From: Macrostomum hystrix
Taxonomy: Eukaryota; Animalia; Platyhelminthes
DNA length: 64,000 bases
Assembly: GCA_950097015.1 (NCBI GenBank)
Contig: CATNEN010000039.1
Coordinates: forward strand, 18,786,001 to 18,850,000
Direction: 5' to 3'
Shown here one piece after another: positions 51,495-63,814 of the stretch (its first letter is position 1; each line of letters begins with the position of its first letter). A program made the position numbers and the translations under genes. The notes beneath the pieces were generated by a model. The model had not been told where the DNA came from and ran no database searches. It saw nothing but the letters and a program-made list of their open reading frames with translations.

Positions 51495-52301
51495 CAGCTT
51501 TGAAGCTAGAAAACTTCATATTCAGAATGCAATATCGTATGCTTTTAGATCGTATGGATTGAGCTACCGAGTATTGGGAACAGACTGCCAAACAAGCATA
51601 CAGACTAATTTTCTCAATCTTTTTCCCAGTTAAACCGCCCAAATACGAGTATAAATCATGAAGTTGCAACATGCCCATAAGCTCCCGTCCCTTGCGTAGA
51701 TGCAGTAAATACAGTACAGTAAATACAAAACAGTAATACAGTAACTCACTCACTATACATTGACAATGAGATGTTCCTTGTGGAAATCGGCTGTACGGAT
51801 TGGATTGGACTAGCTAGATCAAATCTTGAACAGTAGCCACCTCAACTGTCTGTCCATCATGTACATTGATTCACTGAATATTAGTATTGAGTACAATACA
51901 GGCACGGAAGGCAGGGAGGGGAGGGCTAAAATCTGGGAGGGGATGGAAAACTCTCTCCTAGAAGATGGTCGGTGTACGACACGGTTGAAATGAAAAGTAC
52001 ACTTCATTAGTGCTGCCAATACCGAAGCGTTTCGTCACTCGGTCAGTACTTTGTTCCTTCAGCCTGTCTGCTGCCTCCCCTACACCCAACCCTAGCCCAA
52101 CGTTAGCTTCCCTCCTATAAGCAAACAAAAGTCCTCTGCGCGATCCTCTTCTGAGACTGACTGCAGGCTTGTGAAAGTGAGTTATCATCAGGGCATCACG
52201 GCGGACCAGACTATATATATATAACTTAGCAATGATCTTGGAAATCTCGTCTATAAATCGGCTAAAATCTGGCCTCTAATTATCGTTGGGTCGGGTTGCG
52301 G

Positions 52302-53786
52302 ATGTGCCGTCCGCGATGCCTATTGTTCTACTCGTCGATTGCGGCGCTGTGCCTCATGGTGCTCAATATTGCTCAATTTCTAAGCGGCGAATCGCTGTGG
52401 CAAGCCATCTTCCTGCCTGGTATCGACTGCCCAGACAGCAGCAAGGTTTCTCGATCGAAGGAGCGAGTCGGCCTGATCCGTCACATCGGCAACTGGACCT
52501 TCGAGGAGCCAGCGGGTCTGGCTGAATTATGTCGACGTCGCCCAGCGACTACTGGCGAGAAATTGAAGGAATCGACGCTGTCGGAACGACGAACGATTTT
52601 GGCCATTGTGCCACTAACGATTAACATGATACTGGAGCGCCGAGACATCAGGTGAGCACTGGATGACATTTTGTACATGATTGGAACAAATAATTTCCAT
52701 TAACAGTAGATAGACCACGCTATTTTTCCCACTGGGAAAAGACTGGAAAAAGACTATGGCTGCAATAAAATAGTTTAATTGACCCCATGCATCAGTGTCT
52801 GCCGTTGAGAGGCAGGATTCTATCTGCTATCTGGCTCGAAAGTAGGTCTTTACTACTGTTAACAAGACACTTATCTCTGCATTGCTTCAGTTCACCCAGC
52901 TGTTAAATGAGTACCAGCATTAGCTGGGATAATGGAGGGTGGGTGTGGCGTCTCCCAGTCCATGGACTGAACAGAAACTTGCGAAATCTTCTCCACCAAT
53001 CTTATCAGGCAGACGTGGGGCGCCGATTTGAATGGGAAATTTGGCCAGCTGTTGTTCCTAGTGCAGCTCAGCTCTGGGCAGATTCCACCGAGCGCATTGG
53101 TCCGGGAAAATGAACTGCACCGCGACATCCTCATCGCGTACCACAGCGGGCTGAGTTCCGGTGACTCGTACAATTTCCTGGTGCGAAAAGTCCTAGCTGG
53201 CCTGAGCTGGTTTGCCAGATCCTGCAGCCAAGGCTTCGACTTTGTACTGAGAGCCGATCAGGACTCCTACTGGAATGTGCCCTCGATGGCCCGTCAACTG
53301 CGACGTCATCGGGCGTCGGACTGGTTGGCGTTTGGCGCCGTACAGCGCGGAGCCGCCGTGTCGCGCAGTTCGGCTTCGAAATTCTTCATCTCCAAGGAGG
53401 AATATCCGGGCGATCGGTTTCCAGTCTACGTGTCTGGTGGCCCCGGCTACGCGTTGTCTAAGTCGGCCGTCGCGGCGATCGTCAGAGAAGCTTCCTCGCT
53501 GATTCCAATCTCGGGCGCATTGTGGCTGGAGGACGTGTACATCACGGGCATTCTGCCAGCGTCAGCATCCCGCTCTGGCCACAATGGACAGAGCAGAAAG
53601 TTCCAGCATCTTCACTCTGACTATGTCTTCATCTGCCGCTACTCCAGCCTGTCGGACACAGCGGTTCTGAGTCAGCCGCCCCTGGCAATGCACAGGATGC
53701 GAGGCAGGCAGCTCAGAGCTCTGCACAGCTGGATGCAACAGACGGGCATTGCCGAGACAGCAATCAGACTGCACCGCTTCTGGTAG
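52302..53786 (+). CDS. GT31 beta-1,3-galactosyl/GlcNAc-transferase, copy 2
   Basis: ATG 52302 (MCRPRCLLFYSSIAALCLMVL); exon 1 to 52651, exon 2 53009-53786; exon 2 protein identical to copy 1. Confidence 0.9.
52862..52977 (+). mobile_element. SINE body fragment in the GT31 copy 2 intron
   Basis: Duplicate of 46180-46295. Confidence 0.7.
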
Positions 53787-53964
53787 ATTCTGCGGAATCG
53801 CTTCCTGCTCAAATTAACTTAGCTTCTTGAAAATTCCTCTGTTTTATGAAACTGACAGGTGCCTTTCGAGTATTTTTCATCTTCAAATTTGTGCTTAACG
53901 GAATTGACTCGATTTCGCTTTGATTGCGAAAAATACAAACTTAACCAACTTAATTCACTTTCTT

Positions 53965-55412
53965 AAGTTGGTCATTCACTCACTATGACACTTATTAAGT
54001 TGGTCATACACTCACTATGACTCTTTGAATATGAGTTGGTCATTCACTCACTATGACACTTAATGAGTTGGTCATTCACTCACTAAGACTCTTTGAATAT
54101 GAGTTGGTCATTCACTCACTATGACTCTTTGAATATGAGTTGGTTATTCAGTAAATTAAAGATAGTACGAGTATTATAATTTTAGTCTAGGTTTAATGCT
54201 TTTGGTCCCAAATAAATTGGGAACATTATGCCGAAAAAAGAAATTTATTTTATGAAATAAAAACTTTATGAAATAACGAGCACAGATTTAATAATTAGGG
54301 TCTCAAAGCTCTAGTGGAACAGACAGGTGGTGCTACACTCAAATTTTCAGATCAGTGTAAAAAGGCTAAACAAAATTCGTCGTCAAAAAGAGAAAGAGAA
54401 AAAATAACAATGAAACATTAGTTTTGTTATAACTATGATGATTTCAACAATAATCAGAAGAAGGCTTGTACTTATGAATTAACTATAAAATAGTACTCAT
54501 TGGTCATGGAATCACTGACTCTCTGAATCTGAGTTGGTCATTCACTCACTATGACCCTTTGAATATGAGTTGGTCATTCACTCACTATGACTCTTTGAAT
54601 ATGAGTTGGTCATTCACTCACTATGACCCTTTGAATATGAGTTGGTCATTCACTCACTATGACTCTTTGAATATGAGTTGGTCATTCACTCACTATGACC
54701 CTTTGAATATGAGTTGGTCATTCACTCACTATGACCCTTTGAATATGAGTTGGTCATTCACTCACTATGACTCTCTGAATCTGAGTTGGTCATTCACTCA
54801 CTATGACCCTTTGAATATGAGTTGGTCATTCACTCACTATGACTCTTTGAATATGAGTTGGTCATTCACTCACTATGACTCTTTGAATATGAGTTGGTCA
54901 TTCACTCACTATGACTCTCTGAATCTGAGTTGGTCATTCACTCACTATGACCCTTTGAATATGAGTTGGTCATTCACTCACTATGACTCTTTGAATATGA
55001 GTTGGTCATTCACTCACTATGACCCTTTGAATATGAGTTGGTCATTCACTCACTATGACTCTTTGAATCTGAGTTGGTCATTCACTCACTATGACCCTTT
55101 GAATATGAGTTGGTCATTCACTCACTATGACCCTTTGAATATGAGTTGGTCATTCACTCACTATGACCCTTTGAATATGAGTTGGTCATTCACTCACTAT
55201 GACTCTCTGAATCTGAGTTGGTCATTCACTCACTATGACCCTTTGAATATGAGTTGGTCATTCACTCACTATGACTCTTTGAATATGAGTTGGTCATTCA
55301 CTCACTATGACTCTTTGAATATGAGTTGGTCATTCACTCACTATGACTCTCTGAATCTGAGTTGGTCATTCACTCACTATGACTCTCTGAATCTGAGTTG
55401 GTCATTGACTTA
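53965..55412. repeat. 36-bp minisatellite (same unit as 47276-48260) interrupted by a ~370-bp AT-rich insert at ~54149-54518
   Basis: Directly visible. Confidence 0.95.
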
Positions 55413-55736
55413 CTTACCATTGGAAAAATGAGTTAGTCATTGACCCTATAGAACACATTGAACTTGACAATTAGTCACTGTGCTCATTACAATGTGAGTT
55501 GGTTAATCACTTGATAAAATATGACTCCGTGAGCGGTCACGTAGCAACTAGGATTAAAAAAGGAGACATTAAAAGAGGATTTTAACAGCGGCAAGAGAAA
55601 AACACTAAAGCCTGTACGATCGATAAAATTTCTGAAAAGGCAGAAGAGAAAAAAATAGAAAAAAGGATTGACTAGCTCAAAGCAAAACTGAGATTATAGA
55701 AAATAGCAACATCAAAAATAGGCTAAAAACAAAATA

Positions 55737-57075
55737 CGAGGGCTATCCCAGAAATAAGTTTCGCTGCATTATAAATTTTCTAAGTACATTTTTGGCTAAC
55801 GCGGTTAGTTATTCCTGAATCTATATGTCTATGGCAAAAGGCACCAAAAGTTTTAAAGCAAATGCAGTCTCACAAGCTGCAGGACATCAAGTTAAACACA
55901 GCTTCGTTTGCAAAGATGGCCACTTCGCTGTGGCCATGTCTTAGTTTAAACATCATCAAGTTTTCAGTTTTGGCTGCCAAATCAACATCAGAGATTCACG
56001 AAGAGCTTGGACAAGTTCTGAAAGAAGATGCTCCATCAATTCAAACGGTTCGGAAATGGGTCCGCGAAGTTCAAGGAGGCAGGCTGTCGATGGAAGACAA
56101 AGAGCGGTCTGGAAGGCCAAGAACAGCCACCACTGATGCAAATGCAGAGCGTGTCAGAGCTGCAGTCACTTTTGACAGCAGATTGACTTGCAATGAGATC
56201 GAGGACCTCCTGGACATTCCTCACAGCACAGTGCATCGCATTCTTACTGAGCAGCTGAAACATGCAGAAGATCTTCGCAAAGTGGGTGCCTCATCTCCTG
56301 ACTGAGGACCAAATGAAGGAGAGGGTGACCCTGGCGCAAGAGCACCTTCGACGATTTAATCGAGAGGGAAGCAACTTTCTCAGCAGAATTGTGACAGGAG
56401 ACGAGACATGGGTCTACGAGTGGGATCCTGAGCTCAAGCGCCAGTCAGCACAGTGGCTTCCAAGGGGATCAGCGAGTCCTGAGAAGGTTCAACGGAAGCA
56501 GAGCTCCTTGAAGGTGATGCACATAGTCTTCTTTGACATCCATGGGGTCCTGGTGGACTGGCCAGTGCCAATCAGCACCAAGGTGAATGCAGAATATTAC
56601 CGATGGGTACAGCAAGAAAAATTGAGGCCAGCCATCAGGAAAAAGCGGCCTGGTTCGCTGGAGAGAGGCGTGCTTTTTCACAACGACAACGCACCTGTGC
56701 ACCGCGCCAGAAGAGTGGAGGAGCTCCTGGAGTCCTGGAACTGGGAGGTCCTGGCACAGCCACGCTATTCACCTGATTTGGCTCCAGCGGACTTCTATAT
56801 ATTTCCCAGAATGAAGGAGAGCATTCGTGGACAACGTTTTGCCTCTGTGGAGCAGATTAACAACAATGCTTCATCAGCTTTGCGGCATCTGGCCACCGGC
56901 GGCTGCGATGCTGCCTTTCAAGCGTGGGTACGGCGCTGGCAAAAGTGCGTGGACCTTGGCGGCAAATTTGTGGAGTAACTATGACCTGTTTTGACTACTG
57001 TTAAAGTTTTAAGACTTTCCTTCAAACTGTTCGCTTTTTATTGTTGACCGAAACTTACTTTTGGGATAGCCCTCG
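55737..57075 (+). mobile_element. Full-length mariner (DD34D) transposon; transposase broken by one frameshift
   Basis: TIRs CGAGGGCTATCCCAGAAATAAGTTTCG / CGAAACTTACTTTTGGGATAGCCCTCG with TA TSD. Empty site CAAAATACAATAG at ~48582 in the paralogous copy. Motifs RSGRP, WVPH, TGDETW, HNDNA-x-YSPDLAPAD with 34 residues between the 2nd and 3rd Asp. Confidence 0.97.
55917..56978 (+). pseudogene. Mariner transposase, +1 frameshift at ~56261
   Basis: ORFs 55862-56305 (HTH) and 56262-56978 (catalytic) join if one base is removed from CTGAAACATG. Confidence 0.9.
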
Positions 57076-57227
57076 TACAATAGAAAATGAAACACGAGAC
57101 ACAAAACACAAGACATAACAAATCTCTCATAGACAATTACAGACTAGACTATATACGAGCTAAAATATCTCAGCGTGCTTTGATATTAGCGCACACACAT
57201 AAATTAGGGAGATTCTCAGAATAACAG

Positions 57228-57440
57228 AGGGTGTCAGACACTTTCTTAGGATGTCAGATGATTCCTCGGGGTGTCAGACAGTTCTTGAGGGTGTCAGACA
57301 GTACTTGAGGGTGTCAGACAGTTCTTGAGGGTGTCAGACAGTACTTGAGGGTGTCAGACAGTTCTTGATGGCGTCAGACAGTTCTTGATGGAGTCAGACA
57401 GTTCTTGAGGGTCTCAGACAGTTCTTGAGGGTGTCATATA
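57228..57440. repeat. One 40-bp unit followed by about 8 copies of a 20-bp unit (GTGTCAGACAGTTCTTGAGG)
   Basis: Directly visible; paralogous to 50298-51220. Confidence 0.9.
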
Positions 57441-57675
57441 GTTTAAAAGGATGTCACAACTTGATAGGGTGTTAAGACAGTATTTTTTAGAGTAAGCGCA
57501 TATCATAAAAATATGTCAAATATTTCTTTAAAAAGCTATTTCCAGATTTTAAAAATGGATCTACGGGCGTAGAAAAGAAATGGCTTGTTAAACGAGCAAA
57601 AATAAGCTACCCCCAGCATTAAGAAGCCAGACATTTTCCCGTTTGCACAACTATTATTACAAACTAGCGATGTCC

Positions 57676-60655
57676 TCAAAAGCTAGCGCCGTTGCGATCC
57701 TTCGAGAAACCCAACCAGCTCTGGTTGAAAACTGTCGACGAGATACCGTGATAGATGTTTAGCGGTACTGGCTCAGACACGACTGGCACCTGCGACAATC
57801 AAGGTGTAAACAGTTGGGATGTGGGATAATAGGTAATATGTACAGAAAGATAATGAGATCTACATCCGCAACACCAACCACTAAGATTTAGGAGAATTTA
57901 GGGATTAAGACTTGGGGATTGGGACACTGTACGTGGGATCTAGGGATTAACATTCAGGGATTGAGATGTTGAAAGTTGAATCTTGGGATTAAGATCTGCG
58001 GATTGCGATTTAGAAAGTTGGACCAAGGGATTAAGCTTGTGGTTGAGATTTAAAAGTGAAATTATGAATCTTTGAGGATTGGGATCTTGAAAAGAGAGGA
58101 TTTAGGGATTAAGACTTGGGGATTGGGATCTTAAAAAGAGGATTTAGGGATTAAGACTTGAGGATTGGGATCTTGAAAGGAGAGGAGTTAGGGATCAAGA
58201 CTTGGGGATTGGGATCTTAAAAAGAGGATTTAGGGATTAAGACTTGAGGATTGGGATCTTGAAAAGAGAGGATTTAGGGATTAAGACTTGAGGATTTGGA
58301 TCTTGAAAGGAGAGGAGTTAGGGATCAAGACTTGGGGATTGGGATCTTGAAAGGAGAGGAGTTAGGGATCAAGACTTGGGGATTGGGATCTTAAAAAGAG
58401 AGGATTTAGGGATTAAAACTTTGGAAGTGGGATATCTAAAGATTAACATTGAAGTATTGGGATCTTAAAAGCAGCATCCAGGGATATCGATTTGGAAACG
58501 GCAATCGTATAGGTAATATCTAGGGATGATATTAGGGTCTAATTCCACTTTCTAGGCTTGTGTCCTTGGGATAATGATCTAGGGATTAATGTGCGGATAT
58601 CAAAGGAAGCCATACAAGTTAGCTAAGCAGCTCACGTTAGGCGCCCTATCAACCAAGGTATTAATCAGAGTAGCAGCAAAGGAGTCAAGATCGTAGACCG
58701 GGTTGTCGCACTCAGGCTCGCAATAGTGCAACGGATGGTGAGCCAGGGTGGTGTAGGGAATGGCAACGGAGCTGAACGGATTCCAGGTCTTGCCTAGGCC
58801 GAGCCGATTCGGATCGCCCCAGAATAGGCGAAGGGCGCCGTGGCAGCGAGGCGGGGCAATCGACCTGGCGGGCAGGACCAAGTCGCCCAGAGCAACGCGG
58901 GTCAGGTCGCTAAATAGCAGGCGTCGAGAATGCCTGTGACGCCTAGTTACAAAGTCGAATTTGCACAGCACCAAGGAGCGTTCGGTTAAGAACACCACCT
59001 TCTCATAGTTATTGCCCCAGTGGTCCATTTCGGTTAGGATAAAACTCGACAGGACCTGAAATGCGAGTTGAAAATCAATGGCAAGTGATTAATGGGTGTT
59101 TATCAGAGCGGATTACTACTGATAGCAGGTGTTTATCCGAGCGGATTACTACTGATAGCAGGTGTTTATCCGAACGGATTACTACTGATAGCAGGTGTTT
59201 ATCCGAGCGGATTACTACTGATAGCAGGTGTTTATCCGAGTGGATTACTACTGATAGCAGGTGTTTATCCGAGCGGATTATCACTGATAGCAGGTGTTTA
59301 TCACTGATAGCATGTGTTTATCACTGATAACAGGTGCTTATCACTGATAGCATGTGTTTATCACTGATAACAGGTGTTTATCACTGATAGCATGTGTTTA
59401 TCACTGATAACAGGTGTTTATCACTGATCGATAGCATGTGTTTATCACTGATAACAGGTGTTTATCACTGATAGCATGTGTTTATCACTGATAACAGGTG
59501 TTTATCACTGATAGCATGTGTTTATCACTGATAGCATATGTTTATCACTGATAGCATATGTTTATCACTGATAGCATATGTTTATCACTGATAGCAGGTG
59601 TTTATCCGAGTGGATTACTACTGATAGCAGGTGTTTATCCGAGCGGATTATCACTGATAGCAGGTGTTTATCACTGATAGCATGTGTTTATCACTGATAA
59701 CAGGTGCTTATCACTGATAGCATGTGTTTATCACTGATAACAGGTGTTTATCACTGATAGCATGTGTTTATCACTGATAACAGGTGTTTATCACTGATCG
59801 ATAGCATGTGTTTATCACTGATAACAGGTGTTTATCACTGATAGCATGTGTTTATCACTGATAACAGGTGTTTATCACTGATAGCATGTGTTTATCACTG
59901 ATAGCATATGTTTATCACTGATAGCATATGTTTATCACTGATAGCATATGTTTATCACTGATAGCAAGTGTTTATCCGAGTGGATTACTACTGATAGCAG
60001 GTGTTTATCCGAGCGGATTATCACTGATAGCAGGTGTTTATCACTGATAGCATGTGTTTATCACTGATAACAGGTGCTTATCACTGATAGCATGTGTTTA
60101 TCACTGATAACAGGTGTTTATCACTGATAGCATGTGTTTATCACTGATAACAGGTGTTTATCACTGATCGATAGCATGTGTTTATCACTGATAACAGGTG
60201 TTTATCACTGATAGCATGTGTTTATCACTGATAACAGGTGTTTATCACTGATCGATAGCATGTGTTTATCACTGATAACAGGTGTTTATCACTGATAGCA
60301 TGTGTTTATCACTGATAACAGGTGTTTATCACTGATAGCATGTGTTTATCACTGATAGCATATGTTTATCACTGATAGCATATGTTTATCACTGATAGCA
60401 TATGTTTATCACTGATAGCATGTGTTTAACACAGCTAAGAGGTGCTAATCACAAGGGATGCACTAAAAGCGGCAGCATATTATTCACCTGGCCATCCGTG
60501 TCGGGACTGACAGCCTGACGATGGCAGATGTTGGTAGTTTCAGCAAACGGCACAACGGTGACAAAGAAGCGCTCTCGACGCGGCGGGAAACTCAACAGAT
60601 AGGCGTCCGGTGTTGACTTGGTGGCAGCTGACCCGTTTGGTGGTGAATAGGACAT
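57676..60655 (-). CDS. TPRG1L: TPRG1L/Mover-like hSac2-domain protein
   Basis: Exons 60655-60488, 59055-58636 and 57789-57676 (all phase 0). LTEMDHWGNNYEKVVFLT, WNPFS...IPYTTLAHHP and the C-terminal VFNQSWLGFSKDRNGASF* match the TPRG1 family. Confidence 0.85.
57885..58470. repeat. ~43-45-bp degenerate minisatellite (GGGATTAAGACTTGGGGATTGGGATCTTGAAAGGAGAGGATTTA)n
   Basis: Directly visible, TPRG1L intron. Confidence 0.9.
59095..60428. repeat. 33-bp and 20-bp minisatellite (GTGTTTATCACTGATARCAK)n with a 370-bp higher-order repeat
   Basis: Marker TTATCCGAGTGGATT recurs at 59232, 59602 and 59972. Confidence 0.97.
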
Positions 60656-60849
60656 TGCGGTATAGCTGGATGGCAAATGTAATGAAAAATTATAAATATT
60701 GTAACTGCTGTGGGCCGAAAATTAAATATACACAAACAAATGTGACGTGCTCACAACCGACGTAGTTTTAATCATTTGAGCAAGAGTTGCTTGAAATTCA
60801 AAGTGCAAGTTATTTGAATTACATCAAATGTGCATAACTATATACTATA

Positions 60850-61045
60850 CTCATCTACCACACTTTACAGTCACCTGATTCATGGACCACACTCTACAGT
60901 CACCTGATTCATGGACCACACTCTACAGTCACCTGATTCATGGACCACACACTTCACAGTCACCGATTTCATCTACCACACACTTCAGTCACCGATTTCA
61001 TCTACCACACACTTCAGTCACTGATTTCATCTACCACACACTCTC
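60850..61045. repeat. ~27-29-bp minisatellite (CACCTGATTCATGGACCACACTCTACAGT)n
   Basis: Directly visible. Confidence 0.85.
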
Positions 61046-61514
61046 AGTCACCTGATTCATTTACCTGGTACCTAATTATTAATCATTGTTAATTAAGTCA
61101 CTGTTACACTACCGTGATTTAATCAAACGGTTGCCAAAGGTTCTGTATTCTAAGATAGCTGCAGCTCTGAAATTTCAGCAAAGAAGTCTTTTATGGAACA
61201 AGACAACATAGAACAACTCGATGCTCACAAGTATATTTTCGAAGTAATTAAACTAGAAATATTTTTTAGAAGAACACGCTAACTGCTGAAAGCAGACTCA
61301 GAAATTAAGAGATAGTCCCGCCTTTTTGGGCCGTGCTACAAAAAACTAAACGGTGTACAAATGCAGAGTACAAACTTCCTTAATTAGAACAGAAACTTAT
61401 GGGAGCAGCATTCAAAACGGAAATAAGATCGAGAAGTATCTTGAGGCTACAATTCCTAACGAAGGGCATTATAAACACAAACCTTAATCATATTGGTTAC
61501 TAAGTACTCGTAGA

Positions 61515-61835
61515 ATCCCAATGGTAACTAGGGAAAATCCGATCAGTAACTATGGAGAATCCTTTTGATAAATAAGGAGAATCCTATTGGTAACTAAGGA
61601 GAATCCTATTGGTAACTAAGGAGAATCCTATTGGTAACTAAGGAGAATCCTATTGGTAACTCAAGAGAATTCTATCGGTAACTAAGGTGAATTTAAACGG
61701 TAATTGAGACAATCCTGTCAGTAACTAAGGAGAATCCTATCGGCAGCTAAGAAGAATCCAATCGGTAACAAAGGGAATTCATCGGTAACTAAGGAGAATC
61801 CAGTCCGTTACTATGGGAAATCCAATTGGTAAGTA
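61515..61835. repeat. 22-bp minisatellite (TAACTAAGGAGAATCCTATTGG)n
   Basis: Directly visible. Confidence 0.88.
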
Positions 61836-61898
61836 GCTAGAGTTCCATCTAAACGGCAACAAACTCGATTAGCTATGATAAGTCAGTGCAGGAGAAGT

Positions 61899-62487
61899 TT
61901 AGTGCGCACCGCCGCACGGTGGAGTTGCGGGCACAGCGTCGCTAGCGGCCCACTCTTCTGGAGTTTTCGCCACCACGCTCAGTGCGTGCACCCGCCCGGT
62001 GCTGAGCTCTTCAGCCAAGGTGTCATTCACCATCCGGTGCCGCTGCAGCCTATTCACCAACGCGAACCGGTCGGAGACCACCACGACCTGGTTGTGGAGA
62101 CAGATTGAATGAATATTTTAAACAGTTTGTTATCATACTTTCCTACAAGCCTACTATTAGTAGTATTTTTTATCAATAAAACACTTGTTAACCATACTAC
62201 TAGAGTAAAATCACACACACTAGCAAGAATAGTCCGAAGGTCTCTAAAAATAGTAGCAGAAAATTTAACGCACTAAAAACTTTAAGACCTTACACAACTT
62301 GATTTCTGAAATAGAAGAAACAGACATCCCTAACCTTGAAATGAGACTCCCCGGTGGGTCCCGCGCCGTGGCCAGCAGAATCGTTAATAATTAACAGGTG
62401 ACTTGGCGATAAGGCGGCGGTAAGCTTTGAGCGCAGATCAGCAGCCACAGGGCCCTGATAGCCTTCGTCTAGTGCACCGCCGGACAT
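61899..62487 (-). CDS. BOLA1: BolA-like protein 1
   Basis: Exons 62487-62335 and 62087-61899 (phase 0). Motifs INDSAGH, GESHFKVVVVSDRF, RLQRHRMVN, VHALS...KTPEEW and the BOLA1-type C-terminal PPCGG. Confidence 0.93.
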
Positions 62488-62612
62488 TGATTAGCTGGCT
62501 ATCTCTGAAGGACAAATAACTGCTGCTGGCTTTAGTACTGAGTAGTAGATTTTTTAATGAAAATGTTAACAATGGTGAACTTGTCCGACTTTTATACGTC
62601 TGGTTAGGGAGC

Positions 62613-63282
62613 CAGGTGACTGGGAGGGTGTGGCTGTGGAATCAGGTGACTGGGAGGGTGTGGCTGTGGAATCAGGTGACTGGGAGGGTGTGGCAGTGGA
62701 ATCAGGTGACTGGGAGGGTGTGGCTGTGGAATCAGGTGACTGGGAGGGTGTGGCTGTGGAATCAGGTGACTGGGAGGGTGTGGCTGTGGAATCAGGTGAC
62801 TGGGAGGGTGTGGTAGGGGAATCAGGTGACTGGGAGGGTGTGGCTGTGGAATCAGGTGACTGGGAGGGTGTGGCTGTGGAATCAGGTGACTGGGAGGGTG
62901 TGGTAGGGGAATCAGGTGACTGGGAGGGTGTGGCAGTGGAATCAGGTGACTGGGAGGATGTGGCAGTGGAATCAGGTGACTGGGAGGGTGTGGCTGTGGA
63001 ATCAGGTGACTGGGAGGGTGTGGCAGTGGAATCGGGTGACTGGGAGGGTGTGGCAGTGGAATCAGATGACTGGGAGGGTGTGGCAGTGGAATCAGGTGAC
63101 TGGGAGGGTGTGGCTGTGGAATCAGGTGACTGGGAGGGTGTGGCTGTGGAATCAGGTGACTGGGAGGGTGTGGCTGTGGAATCAGGTGACTGGGAGGGTG
63201 TGGCTGTGGAATCAGGTGACTGGGAGGGTGTGGCAGTGGAATCAGGTGACTGGGAGGGTGTGGCAGTGGAATCAGGTGAGGG
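62613..63282. repeat. 30-bp G-rich minisatellite (ATCAGGTGACTGGGAGGGTGTGGCWGTGGA)n
   Basis: Directly visible. Confidence 0.97.
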
Positions 63283-63814
63283 TGCTTGCTACTGAATAAA
63301 TAAATAATAATAAACTTGCACTGGAAAGTGAGAGCAAATTGAATATTTGCATATAAGAGTTGTTTAACTGAATTGTTTTATTTGTTTCTAAGTGTTTCTA
63401 CTAGCTCTAAAGCTATTTAAAGATAATAATGAATGTTAATTTTACTTATTGATATTCTACAGAGACTGCTGGCAGTTGAGCACAAGTTAGTAGAGTTGGT
63501 GCAGCCAGATTTTTTACTCATAGTTTATATTAAAAGAGCACTGACTTTTCTATTACTAACAAGAATACATATTTGAATACAAGGGGTGTGAATGGCTCTC
63601 TATAAACAGCACGAACAAAATAAACAAAAACCTTTCATAGTAGACTAACAAATTGCTATAATATTAATCGACTTTTAAGTCCGGCTATTAAGTTGATGCT
63701 TTCCAAAATACGTCTAGTTAATAACATTATCTAGGTACTCAGTTGATAAGCGAAAATAGTATTAATTATAGTCAGCACAATTCCTTGCATCGCAACTAAT
63801 TGAGTCGGCCAAAC

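Noticed and set aside
52015-52070. Hammerhead-ribozyme-like CTGA..GA...GAAAC on the minus strand
   Set aside because: The core has an extra base (CTGACCGA) and no stem I can be formed.
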